DNA of 50,807 bases, filler included, from Trypethelium eluteriae (taxonomy: Eukaryota): assembly GCA_051942245.1 (NCBI GenBank). It is 2 parts of 2 records of this genome, joined end to end, with 100 filler letters (N's around TTAATTAATTAA, not from the genome) between each part and the next. Parts side by side here need not be neighbours in the genome. Positions count along the whole stretch, not along the records: positions 25,503 to 50,807 come from JAVECL010000377.1; 1 more part is not named here. One strand, 5' to 3'. The translations under genes were made by a program, and so were the position numbers. Below the pieces are notes generated by a model. The model ran no database searches. It was given only the letters and a program-made list of their open reading frames with translations, and was not told the origin of the DNA. Numbering within the stretch: the stretch's first letter is position 1; every line of letters begins with the position of its first letter. Positions 26,518-39,701 of the stretch are shown piece after piece.

Positions 26518-27407
26518 TCATCAACAATTATTAGGGAGACGCATACTATCTGTTATAGGTACAGGGCAGAATAGACCGCGCTGTCTTATTCAAGCATTAG
26601 ACGCATCAAGCGTAGCTTCAGCAGTCTTCTTTAGGGAGCATACCTTGGATTCCCCAAATATATATAACCAGTGACTGCATTAATCTTTTCTCTAGAACTG
26701 TTTTATTGCGACTTTCATAAATATCAAAATACCGACTTTGTTTTAAACACTCCAATCATCCACTAACCATATCCAGTATGCCTTCCGTGCGTCCCAGCAA
26801 GATTAATACCGAACGTGCTGACTCTTCAGTTAGCACGCCCTACCAGACGCCTACTCGCCAAAGTGGGCGTCTTAAAAATTAAGCACCAGAAAATTCCGGC
26901 ATCCCTTTCAGTCGGAAGGGACGGACAAGTCATAAAAGTAGTCTTCACAGATTAGATCCACCCTTGCAGACCGAGACTGCAGGACCATCAAGCAGTGCTA
27001 CTATGTCTAACACCAACAAAACGCGTCAAAATCCTACACCACCGCCCGAATTACACGGTGAAAGCACACAGCCTCATGCCGGCGGTGAGGATTAGGCAAG
27101 GAAGACTTAAACCACGCAGCCTCCTGCTACTTCACCGGATCCTCTAAGTAATCCAGGCGGAGCAGTTCATCAAGACGATCAAGCAAGACTGTCTTCTAGT
27201 TAAGAGCCATCCCACCAAGGCTTTGGCATTAACCGAGAGCCCAGCACTCAACCAGGGCCTCTCCACAGCCAAGGAGAAGAACCTCAAGCTACAACCACAG
27301 GCAACGGAGAAATTTCCAGTAGCGGCCATTTATCGGTTAATAACAGGCCTTCTGCTGATCACAATTCAGCCGAAGTGAGTGTTTCCACTATCCGTGAACA
27401 TTTATAG

Positions 27408-27671
27408 GGCGACGGTGGGGGCACCGCACCTACATCTATTAGTCCAGTAATTGGGGGTGCTCAGACTACATCAACGGGCAACGAAGGGTCTTTGAGTGAT
27501 CCTGATTCAGTCATGCCAGATGCTCATGAACATTCACAGGGCGATGATGGCGGCACCGCACCTACATTTATTAGCACAGTAACTGGGGGTGCTTAGACTA
27601 CATCAACGGCCAACGAAGGATCTTCTAGTGATCCTAATTCAGCCATGCCAGATGCTCATGAACGTTCACAA
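27408..27671 (+). repeat. 132-bp (44-codon) internal tandem duplication
   Basis: GGCGACGGTGGGGGCACCGCACCTACA at 27408 vs GGCGATGATGGCGGCACCGCACCTACA at 27540; both end ATGCCAGATGCTCATGAAC. Confidence 0.9.
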
Positions 27672-28307
27672 AATAACAGTGGCGGAACGGGATCTACATC
27701 TACCTTAACTCCTGGTGACGAACCTGGAACATATCGGATAGGCACACATCTTTAAGGGCCGATTAGAGGATGGCTTTAAGAGAGCGACATTCGGAAAGAG
27801 ATTAAGTGGGTATTTAGAATTGGTGTAAAGCCATGGGTGATCCTTCACCACGCAAAAGAATCCAGAGGACATACCGTCCAAATTTATGAAATGGTCGCCG
27901 AGAAAGACTTACCGCCCGATTATTATGGTGTTGTAAAGAAAAGAGAGCGCGACGCACAGAGCATACTCCCCAAGGAAGATCCTAACAATTATGAAGTCCA
28001 AGACTTCTTAGGCAATTTTCACGGTGTTGCCTTTAAAAGGAGAGATCCACAGGGTACCTATTGCAACAAGAATTATGAGATATATTTTAGAAAATGTAGA
28101 AAACGGGGAGAGTCTCTCCAGAACGAAACTCCGCGGGAATTTGTAGCTTTCTTCAAGACTGCATACCTTCAAAGTATGAAGAGCAGGTTTAAGTGTAGCT
28201 ATGAGAATGTCATGGAAGATTAGGTCAAAAAGTACTGTCAGAAAGCTGGACAGGATTTACTAATTAGAGGACAAGTAAAAAGGCGGCAACCGAGGCAACC
28301 GAGGCGC

Positions 28308-28430
28308 CAGCCAAACCAGGAGCAACAGCCAACCCAGGAGCGACAGCCAACCCAGGAGCGACAGCCAACCCAGGAGCGACAGCCAACCCATGAGCGACAG
28401 CCAACCCAGGAGCGACAGCCAACCCAAGAA
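28308..28430 (+). repeat. 18-bp coding minisatellite, ~6-7 copies (QPTQER)
   Basis: CAGCCAACCCAGGAGCGA repeated in tandem. Confidence 0.92.
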
Positions 28431-29104
28431 CAAGAACAGGCAGCCCAGGAACATCCACAATAAGGACAACAACAACGCCAGGAACAATGAGTGGAACAGC
28501 GAGAGCAGGCACAGGAAAGACTACAAGAAGAGGAACGGCAAGATAAGGAACACCGCGTACAAGATCTGGCGGACCTTAGTAAGTAAGCTCCACTGGGATA
28601 AAATTGCTACTAATCTAGTTTCAGGACAACACCAGCACATGACATGTAAAGGTCTGAATTTTGAGCTTGTTACTAATCCAGAACACAGTAAGTGTGGTGT
28701 TTATCTGCAAGCCTACAGACAAGGTTCGCAGCCCGAGGTCCCTATTAAAGCGGCTTGCGGGCATGAAGTCGGAAGCTGTTGCGTGAGGAAATGGATTCAA
28801 ATCAGCCCTACGTGTCCACAATGCCGCGCACAATGGCGTTCTAAGGCTGTCGCTACGAATAATAAAGGCTGAGGACCATAGTGTTGTTGGGCTCATGAAG
28901 CTTGTGTAATATTGAATGTGTGTATCTTATCTAGATTCCTGTTGGCGCAGATAGCATAAACTGGTTGACTAGCTTATTTTATACTTTTGGGCCTATTCCT
29001 GAAACAAGCACAACTTTTTAAAAGCATGTAGTCAGACTTTTGTCAATGCTCTTAATATATATGTGAGAAGTCTCCATCTCTTCAACGTTCACCAGATTCT
29101 TATT

Positions 29105-30670
29105 ATGTTGTCACCTACTTTATTACTAGTTGCCCAGAGGGCAGCAGCAAGCCTGTAGGTATATCCAATTCTAAGCTACTTTATATCTAATGGAAATACA
29201 GCCTGATTCACGATAGTCCAAGTCTTCTGAATGTAGACGTTGGGATTTCCGGTCACAATGTATTTAAGCCCGACTAAGTCAATGCAGCCATTGAAGATGT
29301 TATTCAGTTTCAATTTCTCGGAAGTAACCACAAGCTAGTCCGGTCTTCCTTGGAGCGATTATGCACACCAGCGCTGCAACCTGATTATCTCCAAGCATTT
29401 CCAGAGGACAACAATGTAGAGTATCCGATAATAAATAAAGACGCTTAGTGGTTCTTTTATAAGAATGGATTACTATTGCCATGTTATGCTGGAATGGTAT
29501 TTGTAATTAACCCGGATAGTGCAATGGAGCAATTTAAGTTAAACGCCGACCTACAAGGTGTCAACTCCACTTCCGGTTTATCCAACAACTCTAGTGGCTT
29601 GCAACCAGATGAACCGGGAGACTCAACGTTTTCTCATCCATTAGATCTAACTTTAGTAATAATTGGATCTGGAAATATAACCAGTTCTCAAACTTCGCCT
29701 CATCCGTCAATATCCCTCTCTTTCCCGTTTACTTTAGGCTTGAGTAGCTTGTTAATCAGCCTATTAAGTCTGAACGTCTCGTCTTTTATCTCACTACTGA
29801 ATAACCCGCCAGCTCCTTTAGGATGGTCGCAGTTAAGTAAATTATCTAAGGCTCAGTCTATAGCACTGAGTAGCTTGCTGAGAAGCTCACACTCTATGTC
29901 TGGCTCGCTTGCCACCGCCCTAAGCCTCCCAACATCACCAGATACTGGACAAGAGCCCAGTCCTGGAGAGCTATCACTGGATTCGAACACTTTACTGACA
30001 CTATCTACCTCACCAACTATTATTTTATCACCCACCACATCACTGCCAGCACTCCCTTCGACTACAGTCCCAAGGTCCTTTTTTCTTGGTACTGACTCTC
30101 TGATGTCTACCACCTCTTAAGCACCAGGTAGATTATATCAAATTATGACATTCGAAAGAGGTACCTACACGGCAAATTCCCTTTCTGAGTTTATTATAGA
30201 CTCGGTCACAGTCTCGCCGGGGTCCATGTATATGATCAGCGGCGAGGTCCTCTACTATCCATCACAGGGGTCCTTTGTAATCGGTACTAGCGAGCAACAA
30301 TTCTCTTATACTACAGCCCTTGGTCAGTCATTAATTACATCTGCATGTTCTATTAAGTATGTGAATTCCCTATCGCAAACCAGTGAGCTAATATAGGATG
30401 TAGAAACCACATTTTAATTACCGCATGCCACTGTGTCTTTGGCCAATTCTCTACCTACTCCAAACTGAGCAACGGACAGACCGAATGTCCCACCGCTTTT
30501 CTTATATCTTTAGGAGCAAGTTTAACAAAAACAATGGCATGGGCACTGTCTAATGCATTAACACTTCCACGTATCTCAGCAAATATTGGCATAGGTACGA
30601 CACCCTGGCCCTTAAACATCACGCCCATTAATCCACCTCTTCAGCCAGTACTTGAGGGACATGGACAGTA
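29105..30670 (+). pseudogene. Cupredoxin-domain extracellular Ser/Thr-rich protein, inactivated
   Basis: Signal-like N-terminus, VDVGISGHNVFKPD*VNAAIEDVIQFQFLGSNH, DA*WFFYK..PCYAGMVFVINP (family pattern WFYC..HC..GMVFAINP), then a Ser/Thr-rich tail; 3' end approximate. Confidence 0.7.
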
Positions 30671-31429
30671 ATCACGGGTCTTGATGGTATTACTACTGGT
30701 AGCTCTCCTGCAGTTACTATGTGAACTTGATAATTGAATAAGAACCGAAGCGATGAAAGACAATTTTCATTTTCCTACAATAACAGTACATCTCTTATGT
30801 CCATAACAAGAATACCATTCTCATAATTACATGAATATCTGAATTCGATTTTTCTTCATGGCCCATATCCGTGTAGGGTTAGAAGTGCGAAGACAAAAGA
30901 TGCCAGCGCTTCCCTGTATCAGGCGTAGACTGACACGGGAAACGACAAGAAGCGAAGGATGAGCCCATGCTTATTTAAGGCTCATGGGCTCGTACCGGAA
31001 CGGGAGTAGCCGCGTAGGCTTCCTGCAGCGATCGAACAATAGTATCTTGGACGGGAAAACATTTGTGGGCCTTAATCAAGGTGAACTAATAGACCTAGAA
31101 GCACACATAGCCGCGCAAATTTGAGAAAAATCCCTGATTATTACTGTGCATTAATTAAGCCATTTCATGGGGTCACGAATTGCGCTGCAATGACCAAAAG
31201 TCGGTTAGCTTATTAGCTGCCCGCATCAGGCGCAGGTGTTAAATTAAGCTTCATATTAGCGAAGAACTCAACATGGAGAAGCAATGCTAAAATTGGCAAA
31301 GCCAAAATTACTAAACCCCGTGAAGGCTTGTGCCTACCCGCATTATTTCGCGGTGATGGAGTATAAAGTCGCTCCAGATAAGAACAAAACAATCGAAGTG
31401 CGATCCGAGGGTTCTCTCTCCAGAGACCA

Positions 31430-32900
31430 TGAGTAGAAATCTAAAGTAATTGCCGAATTTTTTGGTGCTGTGTCTATAAGACTCCATAACATACAGCGAT
31501 CAGAAGTGCTCACCTGTATTAGAAAGTGTCCTGCCAGAATGACCCTTTCCAACCTGAGCTTTGCGAAAGAAGCATCCTCTATCAACTGTACCTTACGGTC
31601 AAACCAACTGCTAGGATGGATCCACCAACACCATAACTGCCCACGACTATACTTGTCTTTAGGTAGCGGTTCTCGTGTATAAATCAGCCAAGGTACTTCC
31701 GGACTGATGACACAATGCTAATTAATTGCACACCCTCCGTTGGCGAGTCTCTTAAGAAAACCAGTCAGTTGCATCCACAGGAAGGTATGGTATAGGCGTC
31801 AGGTGACCAGTGCAGGCAATTCTGTAATGCTTATGAGGAACACCAGGAGGAAATTGATATATAATAATGTGTTTAAAAAATCGGACTGATTCAGGATAGC
31901 TTTCGTAATCGCTGAGTTGAGGCGGCACGCATCTTCATGGAGCCGGCTGGCTGTGTCGGCAGCGCTAGATCCTTCTTCTCTATTATTTTGGTTGGCCCCA
32001 TTCATAAAGGCCTGTACCAGTTCATTCCAAGGACTGCCATATCCCAGAATCGCAGCTATATTTCCAGTAGCAAGGTAAATTCCATCAATAAATCTTTTAG
32101 GGATAATCGTTGGATCACTTGGAAGCTTAGATAGCACAGCCTCGGAAATTCTTAAGGTTTCGGAAGAGGCCATTAACTCAAAATGCAGCTGCACCGCCTT
32201 TAGTCTGCGCATCCAACTCCCAATGGGAGAACTGCAGATCTTTAGGGCCACCTCGCGAGAGTCTTGATGGGGCTGTTTGCATGTCATTAAGAGCATTAAG
32301 CGGGACAACCGGCAGGGCGAGGCTTGTAGTGTCAAAGCCAGTTTGAAATGTAGATGGCCGGCTGAGGGATCATTCCGGATTGCTTTATTAAACCATCCCC
32401 CAGCCATTTCTCCCCATCGTGACTGCCCATTTGGGTGCTCGGCGGCCATGCCCTGCAGTCCGAGGTTTCCAAGCATCTCTGTCCAGTCCACAATGTAGGC
32501 AGGAACTTATCTTTGTAGAGTGATAAGTATTAGAATTACGGCGTTTACGTACCCCAAGATTAGCGCCAAGGGTGCCGAGGAAACGCGCATGTGTCCAAGT
32601 ATTACAAAGACTCCATTCCGTTTGATTCGGCCGGGCAAGTCCCACTTGTTGATATATTGTAAGAGGCCTGGATGACAGATAACCCCAAGCAACTTGAAAT
32701 GTGTAAGGAGAAGCTTCAAGTGGAGTTCCGTCAAGGCCTTCCACTGCTTAGAACTGCAACTCGTGGCATCCTGTAATACAAGCGCAGCTACGCAACAGAG
32801 CTTAATATCGCAAAGTTTGCAGTATACATCAAGTGCGATCAAGCTTTCGATTGGCTCCATTATTGTGCATACCCAGGAGACTAAGGTTGAATGCTGCTGG
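31430..32900 (-). pseudogene. Est1/SMG6-type DNA/RNA-binding domain protein, inactivated
   Basis: QWKALTELHLKLL..HP..KWDLPGRI..G, VPAYIVDWTEMLGNLG..MAAE, WFNKA..PSAGHLHFKLA, PLPKD..RGQLW, RLERVILAG; stops at 32507 and 31799. Boundaries approximate. Confidence 0.72.
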
Positions 32901-33153
32901 GGGGGGGCAAGGAGTCAGGGATGTGGCGCACCCTGGCGCGCATAGTGCGCAGGACATTGCGGGACTCCGGAGTACGTCTGGAGGAGTCAACTACATAGTG
33001 CGTGGTATCTTTATACTTAGGTATAATACCTATTATTCTCAGTGCAAACAATGAACTATCCACATGCTATTGATTAACAGTCTTGGTGGAGATTGCATTT
33101 TCCGATGACAGCTCCGCTACTTCAAAGCCTCATGCCAGGGACCCCGAAAATTC

Positions 33154-34557
33154 CTACTTGCCAGTGTGTTTACTGGAATATACAGTAATGGGAACTATAG
33201 GCATTGCAGTAATGAGGCACATGTTCGCATCCCCCAAATAATTGATATATTTGCTAAGTTTGAGCCCGGCAGCGTTAAGTAATGCATCCCATTGTCTCGC
33301 CGTTCGCTCCTTAGACCCCAGTGTGGCCATCAGCATCATATCCATCTGCGCCGCCCTCCAATGTGCACCGAGCTCCGGCATGACCATCTCATCAATAAGA
33401 ATAACCAATCCGGGTCCGAGAGCCGGGAGGAGTGTCTGTAAGAGGTGTACACAATCCTCATTGTGGTGCTTATGCAGGATATTATGTATGTAATACACCC
33501 GAGCTCCTACTATCAAATTAGAACGACGGCATTTCTTCGGCGGAGTGTCAGTAACTACCTTTCACCGGCTGCTCATTCCAAAAGTCGACTTCCATCATCT
33601 CGACACCTAGAATGCTGGGAGCCTCGGCCAATACCTGAGGCCGATCCTGTAGTATAATCCGACCCTCCAAACAAGGCATCTTCTCCCTCAATCAAGCGCA
33701 CTGTTCACCTTTACCGCCTCCAACATCAACAAAAGCGACTGTGCCTGGTGTGGACACTTAATAGAGCGCTTTAAGGTTAAACGCGTCAAAAAAGAACTTC
33801 TCGCACTCATGAAGAACGGCAATCCAGAGATTGATATTAGCCAGAGTATCGGGTTGCGTCAAGCACCAAGGAGCGGAATGCTCAGCAATTCGCTGCGCCA
33901 ACTGCAGCAAACCGTAGCTCACGTTTAAAGGATTGCAATACTGGGTGCTTGCAAGATACTGGGGAAGGATTTGAAGACACGGCATAACAAAATTTAGACT
34001 GTCTTGAGTGTTATCTCGGTCGGCCCCTGTCACAAGACTGTGCGAACCTGTAATGCATTGCAGCCGCAGCATCAGCATCACCCAAGACACGTGTGGCATC
34101 ATTGGCTGTAAAAGTGCTGAGACCAACCTCCTTCACCAATCTATGAAACGCGAGGAAATGAAGCACACACGCTATCGTGGTCAGTCCCCTTCTTGTTCTG
34201 TTTCTGGTAGGGAAATACCATACCAAGAAACTCTTCATCACAATTAATCAACTTCGCCAATTTGGTTGTTGTCATTGGCTTTTCGTTCTCAGCTAGCAGC
34301 TAAAAGCAATCAAGATCGCAAGCCAATGACGAGGCTGTTAATATCATAGGCTATCGGCTGTCAACATGGCATTTAGTGCCGCCGGGATCTGGCCGTACCG
34401 AGTTTATAATCCGATGTTGAGTATCGGTAGCGTCCTCAACTACCAACAAGAGCTCTTCGGCGCCTTTGTAAAGTTGCTTCCGCAGATACAGATTGCTTAG
34501 TGGATGAAGAGTTGCATTTTTCATCAGCTTCAGTAGCTCTGCAGTTTCAATCGCCAT
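33154..34557 (-). pseudogene. SAM-dependent O-methyltransferase (secondary-metabolism type), inactivated
   Basis: FVDVGGGKGEQC, IILQDRPQV, DFWNEQPVK/GARVYY, LIDEMVMP, KERTARQWDALL; in-frame stops at 33758 (TAA) and 33692 (TGA). Confidence 0.85.
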
Positions 34558-35651
34558 AATGATGACAAGCTACCATTATGATGCGGTGCCAAACAGTTAA
34601 GTTTACGTAGCACGTCAAGCGGCGTAGTCCACCTTGTGACTGTACACTGGATGCACTATCATTATTTTGCGCACCTGCAGCATGCATTTTGTGCCTCTTC
34701 GCTGTCAGACGATGCGTAATATGTAGACGTAATCTCACTAGACTGTGCCGCCTTGTCATCCTCAGCCGTTCCGCCAAGGCCGATATTGTTTTGCCGTGTA
34801 ACAAAATTAACTGAGAAGTGCCATTCCGGATGTGGCACGGAAGGTATTTGATCTACAGACTCTGTCTCCTATGAATGGTAGAGATCTGTGATCAATGCGG
34901 CGTAATTATGGCAGCCAATCCCTTCCCGAGACTCCTCACAAAAAATATGTCGGACCTTGAACTCATGCAGTCCAGGACCCAGGGTGCCTTACCTACCTGT
35001 TTGGGTCACTCCTGAGATTCTATATCCAACAAGCCTCATCAGACCGGCACAGATTTCCCCTCCCCAATGGCGTCTTCGTCCTCGCCTCCATCAACCCCTG
35101 TCTTTACCAGTCTTGATCACAATGCCTCTTGTCTCACCTGCGCCAGAGCCTTACTTTGCGTGACTTTAACACGATTGGTTTATCAGCTCGAGCTAGGCAC
35201 TCTCTCTGGTTAATGTGGCGCTGCTTTAACCCCGGTTTAAAAGGCTCACGCGATATCAATCCTTGCCTACTCAATCCTCTGTTGGCTTCGCGCTTGCCTT
35301 TATGGCTTGAATGGTGGTGCTATGGAGATTTCCTATTAAGCTACAAAACAAGGCTCTCCATGAACTTAGTGCTAAGGAGACGACGCGATATAGCATTCGA
35401 GGTTGATGGGTTGAGCGTCGTTTCTGTGCTACCTAAGATGTGCATAGTAGTTTTTCTTACGTAGGGTTAGGAGAAGTACGAAATAGCCTTGCAAGTTTAT
35501 GAGTATGTGCGTTGTATAAGGTACAAGATATAGCTTTCTGGGAAAAGCGGACGATCAATAGAGTTCAAATTTATCAGCCTTTGTAACTCCAGCTAAGCAC
35601 AAGACTAGACAGTAGGTAGGTCCTTCCACACCTGAGGTTCTCTATGGGATG

Positions 35652-36742
35652 CTAGACATGGATCATCACGCTATCAGTGATGGCGCCATGCAACTTGCTG
35701 CGATTTGCAGTTGAAGACGAATTTCCAGCCTTATGGACCAGGAGCTTATTCTGAGACCCAGGTGCTGCAAGTAGATATCTTTCCCCGTTGTATTGTTTTT
35801 TGCACTCCAGGGGACGGCCATTTATGGCAGCTTCATAGAGAGGGACTAGGGTAGGTAGGCATCCACACACGATGTTAAGAAATATCTCAGAAGTGCTCCA
35901 TATGTAAAAAGAAAACATGGCCTAAGTAGCATCTGTACAAACTCTGGGTTTATGTACCTAAGCTGTTTTGATTAAAGCACAAATCCCCAATAGCATGCCG
36001 AGACCAAGAAGTGTGCAGAGAGCAATTTTACGTCGTAATCGGAGTTGTAAGTTCCAAACAATGCCTACGGGTAGGGATGCTAGCAGGAAGTCCAAGACGG
36101 CACAGTAAACTGAACGGGCCCTTCAGCTACTGGTATGGTAACGAAAAGCTCTACTCACTAGAACCTGCTACAGCCAGATAAACCTGCACCTTCGGATCCC
36201 AGCACTCCGCATTCGGTACCTTCTCCCACAACGCACAAGGGGGATTGCATTAAATAAGGCTGACAATAGCAGTCAAGATTAGGATGATGGTGAAAGTGGT
36301 GATGTTCATCCAAAGAATCCATTTACACCACACTATCCTGGGTTCCATGACTCGGAGTAAAAGGAGGAACACCGAGATTTTTCCCATAGGCAACGTCATA
36401 ATCCCAAAGGGCTGGACAATCCAATCCCACTTTAAGACCCGTGCTTGCTGTTTCAAAGAGAGCATCTTTATATGTTGGCCCAATCCATAATGGACAGAAA
36501 CCAAACATAAAGATATCATCACCGCAAACATAATCTGCTCATGTTAGTCCATGGGGAGATATCGCCCAAAGGGAAGAACCAACCAGCGTGAATAGCATGG
36601 TGATGTTATCGGCGCCGAGCAGGCATATCTTTCGACGGACAAAGATTCATAAAAAAACAATGATGGTAGAGATCCCAACCTCAGTCCAGAAGATCGCAAG
36701 CAACTGCGACCCCCGATCAGCGGAGGCACTTGTGGTAGGCAT
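35652..36742 (-). pseudogene. PTH11-like / fungal rhodopsin-domain integral membrane protein, inactivated
   Basis: DRGSQLLAIFW, VFL*IFVRR..GADN, HYGLGQH, GKISVFLLLLR, I*CNP..LW..CWDP, DFLLASLP, WSTSEIFLNIVCGCLPTL; stops at 36647, 36250 and ~35921. Confidence 0.8.
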
Positions 36743-37154
36743 CGCCGAAGTGACTACCCGTCGGCAAAAGTTTGTGCAATAATGGTGGTATTTATCTTCA
36801 CAGTGTCAGACCATTTGAATGCTTGGGTAAGATCATCACATGTCCCAATTACTGGTAAGTAGGTAGGTGAAGCGGCGAAGTAAAATCCCAAGTTTTTGCG
36901 GCCTTGCGTGGTAGCCTGTGGTTTGGACAAAGAGAATCGACCCGCTGCGCCAGCCAGGCTAAACCTAACTTGGAGTATGTCCTTAAAGAAGGTTACCAAT
37001 CCCTCGATCCACCCAGGAGGCGGATTCGTACCTGCTCTAGTTGTGCGGCAGAGAAAATGCAGGCTGCGGGTGGCTGTCAGCAAGCTAGGCGGCTATATTT
37101 AAGGTCAGTGGAAGGTGCACTGTACAAGTGTGAAGATCAGAAGTCAGAGTTATC

Positions 37155-39021
37155 ATGTCCATCTTTGTTTCCTGGGCGGTCGCATCAGCTGGTGTACTTT
37201 CATACTATGCCTATTTTATCCGAGGAGAGCATCATTTGCATGCCCCAGCCATCATTCAAATCCTGGCTGTGGCGGTCATTCTGGGGTTTGTTGCATGCTG
37301 GACGGCTTTCAGTGATGTGTTGGAAGCCGCTCTCTTTACTGCCTCAATCATCGCAGCGTACATAAGCTCTCTTTTTACAAGCATGGTTGCGTACCGCGTA
37401 GTCTTCCACCGGACACGCAGATTTCCTGGGCCTTTCTGGGCACGAGTGACCAAGCTTTACCACGGCTCTAGTGTACACCGGTCGGATGGTTGCTTCTTCC
37501 TTGAACGACTTCGTCAGTGATACGGAGATTTTATAAGAACTGGTAGGTAGCAGTGCATACTCTCAGCAAAGACACTGACCGGGCACTTCCAGGACCTAAT
37601 AAAATCACCATCTTCACCCCGGACGCAATTCCCCTCATCCATGGGCCGCTCTCTAATTGCTCAAAAGACGTCTGGTATAATAGTTTGCTGCCGCTAGAAT
37701 TAGTACTTACTACCCGCTCCCGCGTAGCTCACGACATTCGACGTTGCGCATGGGATGAAGCCTTTTGCGCTGAAAGGCTTAAAAAGGTCTGGGGAAAGAT
37801 TTTTTATTACGCACAGGTCCTTAAGAAGCAAATCGAGATGAAAGCTGGCCACGTCATCAACGTAAGTCCCTTGTTTGAACACTTCGGGTTTGATGTTATG
37901 GGCGATGTGCATTATAGCCATTCATTCCGTATGCTTGAAGCAAGCAAAAGCTATTAGGTTCTCGATACGTTTAAAGCAGGTATCCACGGTATGGGCACAT
38001 TTACACTAATTCTGTGGATGACCCGCATTTTGCATTCATTCCCAGTCGTCCGAAGGGAATTCGTGGAATGGACCGAATGGGCTTCTGATCTAGTGACGCG
38101 CCGCAAAGAGGTAAGAATCGTGAGAATGGTAACATCAGTGGCTAATAGCAGAGAAGAACCAACCAATGGAACGTGATGTAAGTCTATTCAAGCCATCGCC
38201 CACCTGCCAACTGACTGTCGTAAGACGATGAGTTCGTTGATCAAAGATGCGGGACCTATTGAGAGCTGGAATTGGTTGCTAGGTGACTTTCTCACCTTAA
38301 CGGCAGGCGGAACGTACGTATGTATCGCTGCATGGATTGATCTTTTACTGAATAAGGCAGCGAGCCGGTGAGCGCGACAATCAGCTTCCTGTTTTATCAT
38401 TTGGCCATCAAGCCTGTGCATGTCTCCCAAATTCGCACGGAAATGCGAGGTCATACGGAATTGGACCTTGGCCGAAAGTTAGATCATCTCAACGCTCTCA
38501 TATACGAGACCCTGCGGCTATACCCTCCGTTTCACTCGGCTGGGTTGCGTACAACTCCACCACAGGGATTGCAAATCGGAGATGTCTTTGTGCCTGGGGG
38601 AACCACGGTGCTGACACCGCAGTATAGCTTGCATCGACGTACGTTCACGAATTGTCAATAGAGACATGCTGATCCCAGTGTAGGAGAAGATTGCTTTGAT
38701 GAAACCAATGAATTCATACCAGAAAGGTGGACCACCTGACCCGAAATGGTCAAAAATAAAGCCGCCTTTTTGCCATGGGGTACAGGTAAGCAAAAGGCAT
38801 ACTTGCACCAAGCTACAGCTGACATCAAAGGACCGTACGCCTGCGTCAGCCGAGACTTGAGTCTGATGGAGGTTCGCACGATAGCAGCTGTTCTGATAAA
38901 CAGGTTCGACATCTGGCTTGCCCCTGAAGAAGACGGGCACCAGCTCCGTTACGAAACACTCGACTGCTTTGTTACCATCCCCGGCCCTCTACATTTGGTG
39001 TTCACACCAAGGTTATTATAA
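37155..39021 (+). pseudogene. Cytochrome P450, inactivated
   Basis: N-terminal TM anchor, FPGPFWAR, ETLR (ExxR), FIPERW, heme motif FLPWGTG/PYACVS; stops at 37518, 37955 and 38737. Confidence 0.9.
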
Positions 39022-39701
39022 GGCGCTTGTTTCCGAGGTTCGTTGCTCTTAGACCTAAAGAAATATGGAGTATCTTTGCAGAATTGGCAACAATAACTTA
39101 CTTAGCTGAGCTCTTGAAACGTTTTATTATTCGAAGCTAGATTACGCAGTTCGAAATGACACAACTTCTTCTTTTGGCGTTTAGATGGGGTGGCCTAAGC
39201 TGCTGCGAAGAGACTTAGACTAGGTAGTCTTCCCTCCCAATTCACTCTTCCACGTGCCTAGATCTGGACTTTGGTATCTAAGTTCACTTACTGTGGAAAG
39301 CCGAGCTCATTATTGGGACGTTTCAGCCAAGCTGAGCCTAATTTTTGATGCAGGGATGATGGAATTAATAATCACCTTGTAGTGGGAACTTGAGATTGGA
39401 AGACAGAGAGGTACGGAGTACAATACCTACCTAACGGTAGGGGGTCCTCGGATTATCTTTCATCCGATCTGCTTTATTTATCTCCACTCGTCACTTCGGT
39501 ACATATCCAAACTTGCGGTTTAATCATACAAACAGCCCTGGCATCCTCATGTCACATCCTAAGTATCAAGGGTATAATCTCATAGCCGACTCAATTGGAT
39601 TGAGCTTGTGCATATTTAGGGTCTTTGGTCAATGATGGAGGCACCAACCTATTTATTCGTGCCATCCCCAAAGACAACTTTATGCAAACAGAATTCCTTT
39701 A

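Larger units (their letters stand above)
26778..28872 (+). pseudogene. Long low-complexity/Q-rich protein with C-terminal RING finger, inactivated
   Basis: One frame runs from ATG 26778 through several TAA/TAG stops into ORF 27837-28223 and QPTQER repeats; after a probable intron (~28578-28624) comes CGV(Y)..ACGHEVGSCCVRKW..TCPQCR. Confidence 0.7.

Noticed and set aside
25514..28430. Tandem repeats as a CRISPR-like array
   Set aside because: No unique spacers; eukaryotic intron-containing context; the 18- and 132-bp units are coding repeats.
28260..28512. Minus-strand ORFs with LLGWLS / PGLAVA repeats that look like membrane or elastin-like proteins
   Set aside because: They are antisense readings of the 18-bp minisatellite within the + strand Q-rich gene.
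34900..35500. Short Cys-containing ORFs between the methyltransferase and PTH11-like genes as a possible Zn-cluster regulator
   Set aside because: Could not reconstruct Zn2Cys6 spacing or a consistent frame.
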